The notes under the pieces were generated by a model that worked only from the letters and a program-made list of their open reading frames with translations, was not told the origin of the DNA and did no database searches. A program made the translations under genes and the position numbers. From Armatimonadia bacterium (GTDB lineage: Bacteria > Armatimonadota > Zipacnadia > Zipacnadales > UBA11051): DNA of 13,794 bases. Below are positions 6,678 through 13,794 of this stretch, in pieces (position 1 is the stretch's first letter; each line of letters starts with the position of its first letter). Where the stretch lies: NCBI GenBank assembly GCA_039683575.1, contig JBDKRC010000275.1, forward strand, positions 1 through 13,794, given 5' to 3'.

Positions 6678-8855
6678 ATGTCCTACCCCAAAGTCGCGCC
6701 GCGTCTCTTGTCTGCGTTCGTGCTGTCGTTAGGGCTGCTCGTGGGGGCGTGGGCGGGGACGACCACTCGCGTTAGCGTATCCAGCGGCGGGGCGCAGGCC
6801 AATGATCAGAGTAGATACCCTGTCATCAGCAGCGATGGCCGCTATGTGGCCTTTGAATCCTACGCCGGTAATCTCGTGGCTGGCGATACCAATGGCGGGT
6901 GGGATGTGTTCCGGCATGACCGGACGACAGGGCAGACCATGCGGCTGAGCGTGACCGCCGCGGGCACACAGGTTTTCGCGCCCAGCTACGACCCGCAGAT
7001 TACCGCGGATGGGCAGTACGTGGCGTTCATGTCCACCTCGCAAGACCTGGTCGCCAATGACAACAACGGTTGGAACGACATCTTCCTGCGCAGTTGCTTG
7101 TCCGGGAGCGTCTCGCTCATCAGTGTGGCAACTTCGGGCGCGCAGGGGAATGACGACAGCAGCGAACCCTCGATCAGCGCCGACGGGCGGTATGTGGCTT
7201 TCACATCGTTGTCTACGAACCTGGTGAATGCCGATACCGCGGTGCCCGGCCAGGTTTACGTGCGGGATCTGGTGGGGCACACCACCACACGGGTGAGCGT
7301 GTCGAGCGCGGGGGTGGCGGGTGACGGCTGGAGTCATGTGCCGTCGATCAGCCCGGATGGGCGGTATGTGGCGTTCCAGTCCGAGGCCACCAATCTCGTG
7401 CCGGGTGACACGAACGGGAAGTGGGACATCTTCGTGCATGACCGCAGCACGGGCACCACGTCGCGGGTGAGCGTGTCTACCGGCGGGACGCAGGGCAACT
7501 GGGATAGCTGGGAGCCATCGATCAGCAAGGATGGGCGCTATGTGGCGTTCGAGTCGGGCGCGAGCAACCTGGTGTCCGGCGACACGAACAGCGTGTGGGA
7601 TGTGTTTGTGCGCGACCGGGTGTCCAATGTGACGACCCGGGTGAGCGTGAACGAGACGGGCGGGCAGGGCGCGTTTGAGAGTGTGAGTGCCTCCATCAGC
7701 CCCGATGGGCGATATGTGGCGTTCGCGTCGGAGGCGTCGCTGGTGACGGGGGACACGAACCAGAGCCAGGACGTGTTCATCCGCGACCGGGTGGCGAACC
7801 AGACGAAGCGGCTGAGCCTTAACACCGCCGGGACGCAGGGCAATGGTGCCAGCGGGCGTCCGGCGCTGAGCGCGAACTCGCGATGGATCGCGTTTCTCTC
7901 CATTGCCAGCAATCTCGTAACGGGGGACACCAATGGCGTGGAGGATGTCTTTGTCCGCGATACCGGCGCTGTGAATGCACTGCCGACTGCGCCGACGACG
8001 CTGACGCTCAATCCCTCGGCGCCGGGCCGGGAGGACATCAAGACGATAGTGGGCGGCAGCACGGATGCCAACGGCGACAAGCTCACGTACCAGTGCAAGT
8101 GGGCCAAGCAGAACGGCGACGGAACCTGGGGGGCGTGGTCCTATACCTCGCGAACTCTGCCGGCGGCGCAGGTGGCAATCGGGCAGACCTGGCGGGTGCG
8201 GGCGCGGGCGTATGACGGCATCGGCTACGGGTCCTATGGCGCTATCAAGACCTTCACGATCGTCGGCCTGGGTGGCTTCACGCCGGCCCCCAGCACGCGC
8301 GGCGTGGCGGTGAGCACGTGCATGTTCGTGAGCTTCCGCTGGCCGGTGAAGCAGTGCTCGGTGACCAGCCGGGTGCAACTGAAGCGGGGAACGACGGTGG
8401 TCCCGACGACCATGACGTGGGTGACGGCTGAGCGGAAGGTGAAGCTGCGGCCGAAGACGCCGCTGCTGCCGGGCACGTACTACCGCATGAACGTCGATCC
8501 CGGCATCGAGTGCACCAGTGGCCGAGTGCTGGGGTGGGGCGAGAACTACTGGTTTGAGACGGCAGCCAGCTCCGGCGCGGTGTCCGTGGCGGCAGCCCCA
8601 ACGGCAGCGGGCGCACAGGTGACGGTGAACCTGAGCGCAGCGGCGACGGTGCGGACGGTGATCTGCAACATCGCCGGGCGAGTGGTGGCGGAGTTGGCGG
8701 AGAGGGAGCTGCCGGCGGGCTTGAACAGCCTGGTGTGGAATGGCAGGGGTAACGGCGGGAGCAAGGTGCCGGCGGGGACTTATCTGGTGAGGGTAGAGGC
8801 GAAGGGGGCTGAGGGTACGCAGACAACGGCGGTGACGTCGCTGCAGATACGGTAA
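6678..8855 (+). CDS. Secreted TolB-like (PD40/WD40-like) beta-propeller protein, 725 aa, with the shared Ig + Big_5-like + FlgD_ig-like tail
   Basis: GAGGT RBS at 6666-6670. Signal peptide MSYPKVAPRLLSAFVLSLGLLVGAWA. Seven repeats of P-x-IS-x-DGRYVAF-x-S...NLV-x-GDTN...DVFVRD. Shared tail from 7974. Not a true TolB: no TolB N-terminal domain and no tol-pal neighbours. Confidence 0.9.
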   Translation: MSYPKVAPRLLSAFVLSLGLLVGAWAGTTTRVSVSSGGAQANDQSRYPVISSDGRYVAFESYAGNLVAGDTNGGWDVFRHDRTTGQTMRLSVTAAGTQVFAPSYDPQITADGQYVAFMSTSQDLVANDNNGWNDIFLRSCLSGSVSLISVATSGAQGNDDSSEPSISADGRYVAFTSLSTNLVNADTAVPGQVYVRDLVGHTTTRVSVSSAGVAGDGWSHVPSISPDGRYVAFQSEATNLVPGDTNGKWDIFVHDRSTGTTSRVSVSTGGTQGNWDSWEPSISKDGRYVAFESGASNLVSGDTNSVWDVFVRDRVSNVTTRVSVNETGGQGAFESVSASISPDGRYVAFASEASLVTGDTNQSQDVFIRDRVANQTKRLSLNTAGTQGNGASGRPALSANSRWIAFLSIASNLVTGDTNGVEDVFVRDTGAVNALPTAPTTLTLNPSAPGREDIKTIVGGSTDANGDKLTYQCKWAKQNGDGTWGAWSYTSRTLPAAQVAIGQTWRVRARAYDGIGYGSYGAIKTFTIVGLGGFTPAPSTRGVAVSTCMFVSFRWPVKQCSVTSRVQLKRGTTVVPTTMTWVTAERKVKLRPKTPLLPGTYYRMNVDPGIECTSGRVLGWGENYWFETAASSGAVSVAAAPTAAGAQVTVNLSAAATVRTVICNIAGRVVAELAERELPAGLNSLVWNGRGNGGSKVPAGTYLVRVEAKGAEGTQTTAVTSLQIR
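6756..7965 (+). repeat. Seven 58-aa beta-propeller blade repeats
   Basis: The DG(R/Q)YVAF codons start at 6834, 7008, 7182, 7356, 7530 and 7704 (exact 174-nt period). NSRWIAF starts at 7875. Confidence 0.88.
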
Positions 8856-8882
8856 GAGCGGGTTACGGGGGTGAGATTGGAC

Positions 8883-8919
8883 AGGCGCGGCCTTTGGTGG
8901 CCGCGCCTTTTTTCGTTTT
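8883..8919 (+). terminator. Intrinsic terminator after CDS3
   Basis: 10-bp stem AGGCGCGGCC/GGCCGCGCCT with a TTTGGT loop, followed by TTTTTCGTTTT. Confidence 0.8.
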
Positions 8920-9007
8920 GGGGGAGGGCAAGACAGGAAGTAGAAGAAGAACGCCGAATAGTCGTGCTGTTGTGGTTATTCTGCCTATTGAGGACGGGGA
9001 GTTTTTC

Positions 9008-12000
9008 ATGAGAAGGTTCGTAGGTATTGGTCTCGTCGCTCTGCTGGTGCTGTTGGCTATCGCCAGCCCGTGCTTGTCGGCTGGCCGCAACAAGTACCTT
9101 GTCAGGAGCATCCTGCAGGGGGGAAGAGTGGTGGATGAGCGCACGACGCCGGTTTTGCCGCCCCCGTACCGTGTGCCGGCGGTGAAGCGCCCTCTGCCCA
9201 ACAAGAGCCGCGGCGTGAACATACTCAGCAACGTCCCGGCCCTGAAATGGTGTTTCGGGTGTTCAGCAACGTCCGCCGCGATGATGTTTGGATACTATGA
9301 CGGTAACGGCTTCCCGAGCATGTACACCGGGCCAACGAATGGCGGAGTGTTTCCCCAGAATAACTCAGCGTGGCCGAACGTCAGCATAGGCGGCGAGGCG
9401 CGGAGCCAGTGCCCGCTCAGCGCAACGCGGGATGGACTGGACGGGCGAGTCGGCCGGGGACATGTTGATGACTATTGGATAGTGTCGAACGATGCGGGCC
9501 CTGACCCGTGGATAGCCAACGGGTGGACGGAGCATAATTGGGGCGACTGCACCGGCGATTACATGGGCACCAGCCAGTCGGCGTGGAGCAATATTGATGG
9601 CAGTACCACGTTTGTGTACTACAACGACGGCAGCCCAACGTATGACTATACGCTTGGAGAGGGCAGTGGCACGAAAGACGGCTGTCATGGGATGAGGGCC
9701 TTTGCGGAGTCGCGAGGGGCGACGGTGGAGGCCAACTTCAACCAGTACATCGATACGGAGGTCCCTGGCGCAGGCTTCACGTACGCGCAGTACATGGCGG
9801 AGATAGACGCCGGGCGTCCGGTGCTGATCCAGGTGGACGGCCACACGATGCTCGGCGTGGGGTATGACGACTCGACCAATACCGTGTACGTGCACAATAC
9901 GTGGGACTGGGACTTGCACACGATGACGTGGGGGGGATCGTATGAGGGTATGGGGCACTACGGCGTGACGGTGCTGCGTCTGCAGCAATCAAATCCCGTG
10001 CCGCAGATCAGCCTCTCGATTAACAACGGCGCGGCCAGCACTGACACTCTGGGCGTGACGCTGAATCTGAGCCAAAGCGGCGGAGGGGCACCGACCGAGG
10101 TGCGGTTTGCCAATGATGTCGGTGGCAGCCCGGGAACATGGACGAGTTGGGCGTCCTGGACATCGAGCCGATCCTGGAACCTCGTCGCCGGCAACTATGG
10201 CACGCGAGGAGTGTGGGCTCAGGCGCGCAACGCGGCCGGTGAAGGCAGCACAACGTATGATGACATTCTCTATCAGACTTCGGTGACGGTACCGCTGATC
10301 GACCTCTCGATTAACGACGGCGCGGAGAGCACCGAGAGCCTGGGCGTGACCCTCAACCTGAGCCCGAACGGCGGGGGCGCACCCACCGAGGTGCGCTTTG
10401 CCAATGATGTCAGCGGCAGTCCGGGAACATGGACGAGCTGGGAGGCCTGGACCTCGAGCAGAACATGGAACCTCGCGGCTGGCGACTTCGGTACGCGTGG
10501 AGTCTGGGCGCAGGCGCGCAATGCAGCGGGCCCAGGCTACACAGCGTATGATGGCATTGTCTATCAGACTTCGGTGACGGTGCCGTTCATCAGCCTCTCG
10601 ATCAACGACGGCGCGGACAGCACTGAAAGTCTGAGCGTGACGCTGAATCTGAGCCAAAGCGGCGGAGGGACGCCGACCGAGGTCCGTTTCGCCAACGACA
10701 CTGACGGCAGTCCGGGAACCTGGTCTACGTGGCAGGCGTGGGGTACGTCGAAGTCATGGACGCTGGCTCCGGGCGGCAACGGCACGCGGTGGGTCTGGGC
10801 ACAAGCGCGTAACGCCGCCGGCCCAGGCAGCACAACGTATGATGGCATTCTCTACGAGGCCTCGGTGACGGTACCGGAGATCGGTATCTCTATCAACAAC
10901 GGTGACAGCACGACCTCGAGTCTCGATGTGACTCTGGGGCTATGGCAGAGCGCGGGCGGCAGCCCGACAGAGGTGCATTTCGCGAACGACAATGGCGGCG
11001 CCCCCGGAACGTGGTCTACGTGGCAGGCGTGGGGTACGTCGACGTCATGGACGCTGGCTCCGGGCGCAGGCGGCACGCGTAAGGTCTGGGCCCAGGCGCG
11101 TAACAGCGTCGGCACGGGCGGCAGTACCTCAGACACGATCGACTTCCAGGGCGTGACTGAGCCTACGGCACCCACCAAGCCAACGGTGGTGGCCGTCAGC
11201 CCCTCTACGCCCGGGCCCGAGGAGTTGAGCGCTGCCGCCAGCGGTTCCTGGGACGCCAATGGCGACGCTGTTACGTACCAGTATCAATGGTCGAAGAAGG
11301 CTGCGGACGGGTCGTGGGAGGGCTTTACCTACAACGGCCAGACCCTGGCGGCAGCCAATGTACACATGGGCGAGACGTGGGGAGTGAGGGCGCGGGCGTC
11401 CGATGGCAGCCTGTATAGCGGGTGGACCGTCGCGACGAGTGTGACTATCGTGGGCATGGCGAACTACACGCCCGTGCCGAAGACCCGCAATGTGCCGCGG
11501 ACGGCCAGCGTCTTTCTCAGCTTCCGCTGGGCGCCGGTGAAGTCATCCGCGGTAGCGAGGGTAACGCTGACGCAGGCCGGTGAGATCGTGCCGGTTACCG
11601 CGCTTTGGGTCAGCGATAAGAAGCTCAAGCTTACCCCGCGGACGCTTCTCAAGCTTGATTCTGACTACCGGATGAACATTGCCCGCGGTGTGCGATGCGT
11701 CAGCGGCAGGGTACTGGACTGGGAGGAGAAGTACGCCTGGTTCCACACGGCCCCGGCGGGCTCGCCGACCGCGCCAACCTCGATCGCGATTAGTCCAGCT
11801 ACCCCCGGACCAGAGACACTGGTAGCGACGGCCAGCGGGGCAACGGATCCCAACGGCGATGTGATTACGTATCAGTACCAGTGGTCGCCGAGGAATGCGG
11901 ACGGAACCTTCGCGGGATGGGACTACAGCGGGGGGACGCTTCCCGGTGCGTACCTGCGCATCGGCGGAACCTGGGGTGTACGGGCGCGCGCCTTCGACGG

Positions 12001-13794
12001 CTTCACCTCCAGCGACTGGTTCACCAGTACTGTGACCCCGGTCAGCATGGCGGGCTATAGCCCTGAGCCAGGGGCGCGCAACATCGCGCGCACTGCGGCC
12101 GTGTTCATCAGTTTCCGCTGGACGCCGGTGAAGTCTTCGGTGGAGTCACGCGTAAGGCTCTTGCACGGGACCACAATCGTCCCGACGTCGCTGAGCTGGG
12201 TGAGTGACAGGAAACTGAAGCTGCGGCCCAGGGACATGCTTGAGGTCAGCAAACTCTACCGGGTGCAAATCGCCAGCGGAGTTGAGTGTGTCGGGGGCCG
12301 GGTGCTCAACTGGGAAGAGACGCACGCGTACTTCACGACCGCGCCCGCAACGGCGCCGACCACGCCGACGCTGGTCACCATCAGCCCGAGCAGCCCGGGG
12401 CCGGAGGACCTGTTCGCTTCCGCCAGTGGTTCGACTGACCTCAACGACGACCCGCTTTACTACGAGTACCAATGGTCGAAGAAGAAGAGCGACGGGAGCT
12501 GGGAGGGCTGGAACAACAGCGGAGACCTCCTGCCGACCGGAAGAGCAAAGATTGGGGAGACGTGGGCGGTGCGAGCGCGAGCGAATGACGGCACGGCGTC
12601 CAGCTCGTGGAGGATCTCCGATCCGGTAACGATCACCAGCATGGCAGAGTATCTGCCCGCACCGGGAGCGCAGAACGTACCCAGGACGGCCCCTGTCTTC
12701 ATCAGCTTCCGTTGGATGCCGGTGCACTCGTCAGCGGAAGGTCTGGTGGAGCTGCGGCAGGGCAGTACAGCCATCCCGGTCACGATGACCTGGGTGAATG
12801 ACAAGAAGCTGAAACTGCAACCGAGGTCTCTGCTGCAGGTTGACACCGAGTACTGCGTCTACATCGGCGCCGGACTGGAGTGCGCCAGCGGCCGCCTGCT
12901 CAGTTGGAGCGAGTCGTATGCCACCTTCCGAACGGCATCTGCCACGCCGCCGACGATGCCGACCGTGGTCGCGATCAGCCCCGAATCGCCAGGGCCGGAG
13001 GTCTTGCACGCTTCGGCCAGCGGCTCGACTGACGCGAACGGTGACACCATCACCTATGAGTACCAGTGGTCCAGGGTCTGGGCGGAGGACGGCTCCTGGG
13101 AGGGCTGGGACTACAGCGGCAACACGCTGCCCGCGGCGGTCCTGACGATTGGCGAGACCTGGGGCGTGCGGGCACGGGCCTTCGATGGGACGCTGTATAG
13201 CTCCTGGAAGAGCGCGAGCGTGACCATCACCAACATGGCCGGCGTTACGCCGGCCCACAGGACGTACGGCGTGCCGGTGACGACCGCAGTGTTCGGCAGC
13301 TTCCGCTGGCCGGTGCAGCAGTCCACGGTGACCACGCGAGTTCACCTCAAGCGCGGCACCGTCGAGGTGCCGGTCACCATGAGTTGGGCAACGGCGAACC
13401 GGAAGGTGAAGCTCCAGCCTAACGCGCCGCTGCTGCCGGCAACGTACTACCACATTATCTTCGATCCGGGCATCGTGTGCAGTGACGGCCGCGTGCTGGG
13501 CTGGGGCGAGGATTACTGGTTCAAGACCGCGGGGACTGCGGCGACTGCGGTAACTATCGCCGCGGCGCCGACCTCGCTGGGGGCGCAGGTGACGGTGAAC
13601 CTGAGTTCGGCGGCGACGGTGCGGACGGTGATCTGCAACATCGCCGGACGGGTTGTGGCGCAGTTGGCGGAGAGGGACCTACCGGCGGGCTTGAGTACGC
13701 TGGTGTGGAATGGGAAGGGGAGCAGTGGGACGAAGGTGCCGGCAGGAACTTATCTGGTGCGGGTGGACGCCATGGGAGCGGAGGGGACGCAGGC
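9008..13794 (+). CDS. Secreted papain-fold (clan CA; C10/C39-like) cysteine peptidase, >1595 aa, 3'-truncated by the window edge: 4 'INNGA' Ig-like repeats, 4 (Ig + Big_5-like) pairs, FlgD_ig-like C-terminal domain
   Basis: Translated by hand; I found no in-frame stop from ATG 9008 to the window end. GGGGAG RBS at 8996-9001. Signal peptide MRRFVGIGLVALLVLLAIASPCLS-A. Catalytic motifs: WCFGCSATSAAMMFGYY (Cys85, 9260-9262), EIDAGRPVLIQVDGHTMLGVGYD (His279, 9842-9844), VYVHNTW (Asn297, 9896-9898). Ends ...GTYLVRVDAMGAEGTQ, about 10 codons short of where the paralogs stop. Confidence 0.88.
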   Translation, partial: MRRFVGIGLVALLVLLAIASPCLSAGRNKYLVRSILQGGRVVDERTTPVLPPPYRVPAVKRPLPNKSRGVNILSNVPALKWCFGCSATSAAMMFGYYDGNGFPSMYTGPTNGGVFPQNNSAWPNVSIGGEARSQCPLSATRDGLDGRVGRGHVDDYWIVSNDAGPDPWIANGWTEHNWGDCTGDYMGTSQSAWSNIDGSTTFVYYNDGSPTYDYTLGEGSGTKDGCHGMRAFAESRGATVEANFNQYIDTEVPGAGFTYAQYMAEIDAGRPVLIQVDGHTMLGVGYDDSTNTVYVHNTWDWDLHTMTWGGSYEGMGHYGVTVLRLQQSNPVPQISLSINNGAASTDTLGVTLNLSQSGGGAPTEVRFANDVGGSPGTWTSWASWTSSRSWNLVAGNYGTRGVWAQARNAAGEGSTTYDDILYQTSVTVPLIDLSINDGAESTESLGVTLNLSPNGGGAPTEVRFANDVSGSPGTWTSWEAWTSSRTWNLAAGDFGTRGVWAQARNAAGPGYTAYDGIVYQTSVTVPFISLSINDGADSTESLSVTLNLSQSGGGTPTEVRFANDTDGSPGTWSTWQAWGTSKSWTLAPGGNGTRWVWAQARNAAGPGSTTYDGILYEASVTVPEIGISINNGDSTTSSLDVTLGLWQSAGGSPTEVHFANDNGGAPGTWSTWQAWGTSTSWTLAPGAGGTRKVWAQARNSVGTGGSTSDTIDFQGVTEPTAPTKPTVVAVSPSTPGPEELSAAASGSWDANGDAVTYQYQWSKKAADGSWEGFTYNGQTLAAANVHMGETWGVRARASDGSLYSGWTVATSVTIVGMANYTPVPKTRNVPRTASVFLSFRWAPVKSSAVARVTLTQAGEIVPVTALWVSDKKLKLTPRTLLKLDSDYRMNIARGVRCVSGRVLDWEEKYAWFHTAPAGSPTAPTSIAISPATPGPETLVATASGATDPNGDVITYQYQWSPRNADGTFAGWDYSGGTLPGAYLRIGGTWGVRARAFDGFTSSDWFTSTVTPVSMAGYSPEPGARNIARTAAVFISFRWTPVKSSVESRVRLLHGTTIVPTSLSWVSDRKLKLRPRDMLEVSKLYRVQIASGVECVGGRVLNWEETHAYFTTAPATAPTTPTLVTISPSSPGPEDLFASASGSTDLNDDPLYYEYQWSKKKSDGSWEGWNNSGDLLPTGRAKIGETWAVRARANDGTASSSWRISDPVTITSMAEYLPAPGAQNVPRTAPVFISFRWMPVHSSAEGLVELRQGSTAIPVTMTWVNDKKLKLQPRSLLQVDTEYCVYIGAGLECASGRLLSWSESYATFRTASATPPTMPTVVAISPESPGPEVLHASASGSTDANGDTITYEYQWSRVWAEDGSWEGWDYSGNTLPAAVLTIGETWGVRARAFDGTLYSSWKSASVTITNMAGVTPAHRTYGVPVTTAVFGSFRWPVQQSTVTTRVHLKRGTVEVPVTMSWATANRKVKLQPNAPLLPATYYHIIFDPGIVCSDGRVLGWGEDYWFKTAGTAATAVTIAAAPTSLGAQVTVNLSSAATVRTVICNIAGRVVAQLAERDLPAGLSTLVWNGKGSSGTKVPAGTYLVRVDAMGAEGTQ
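9998..11150 (+). repeat. Four tandem 97-aa Trp-rich Ig-like repeats in CDS4
   Basis: Consensus SIN(N/D)G...ST..L.VTL.L...PTEV.FAND..G.PGTW..W..W.....W.L..G..GTR.VWAQARN..G. The I-N codons start at 10019, 10310, 10601 and 10892 (exact 291-nt period). Confidence 0.88.
11162..13528 (+). repeat. Four tandem (module A + module B) di-domain repeats in CDS4
   Basis: The SFRW motif starts at 11519, 12110, 12704 and 13298 (periods 591, 594, 594 nt). Each is preceded by a PT-x-P...SP..PGPE.L.A.ASG..D.N.D...Y.YQWS...G.TW.VRARA.DG domain. Confidence 0.88.

Noticed and set aside
6390-8854. Diversity-generating retroelement TR/VR pair suggested by the near-identical 3' ends
   Set aside because: Both copies are coding gene ends, the two differences are synonymous, and there is no reverse transcriptase or non-coding template repeat in the window.
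6678-8855. Gene symbols tolB or flgD
   Set aside because: The similarity is at repeat or domain level only. There is no tol-pal or flagellar context and the architectures differ.
9008-9082. Lipoprotein signal in CDS4 (IASPC) or CDS2 (MLVC)
   Set aside because: Neither fits the [LVI][ASTVI][GAS]C lipobox. Signal peptidase I sites (CLS-A, ALG-A) fit better.
678-13453. Long minus-strand ORFs (678-1640, 2256-3992, 6729-8378, 9365-9988, 9989-10657, 12731-13453 and others)
   Set aside because: They are antisense shadows of GC-rich + strand genes, with Arg/His/Pro-rich translations and no domain motifs.
13741-13794. CDS4 as a truncated pseudogene
   Set aside because: The frame is open to the window edge and the paralogs end about 10 codons later, so the truncation is a window artefact.

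Overview
GC-rich bacterial window holding a tandem array of four large, co-oriented (+ strand) secreted proteins, preceded by a mosaic of REP-like palindromes (12-396). Each protein has an N-terminal signal peptide and a different, unrelated head: (1) S8 subtilase, true start probably ATG 675, to 3887; (2) right-handed parallel beta-helix, 4152-6512; (3) 7-repeat TolB-like beta-propeller, 6678-8855; (4) papain-fold cysteine peptidase with many Ig-like repeats, 9008 to >13794. Gene 4 is missing from the supplied ORF track because it runs off the window. All four end in the same ~295-aa three-part tail: an Ig/cadherin-like domain, an SbsA/Big_5-like Ig domain, and an FlgD_ig / T9SS-CTD-like terminal domain. 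The three complete genes are each followed by a homologous hairpin terminator. The tail DNA shows patchwork near-identity between genes, suggesting recombination or gene conversion. My main hypothesis is a modular 'variable head + constant C-terminal sorting/anchoring cassette' surface-protein system. The tail style reminds me of Armatimonadota proteins, but taxonomy cannot be established from this window. Domain names come from motif recognition by eye, not from HMM searches.
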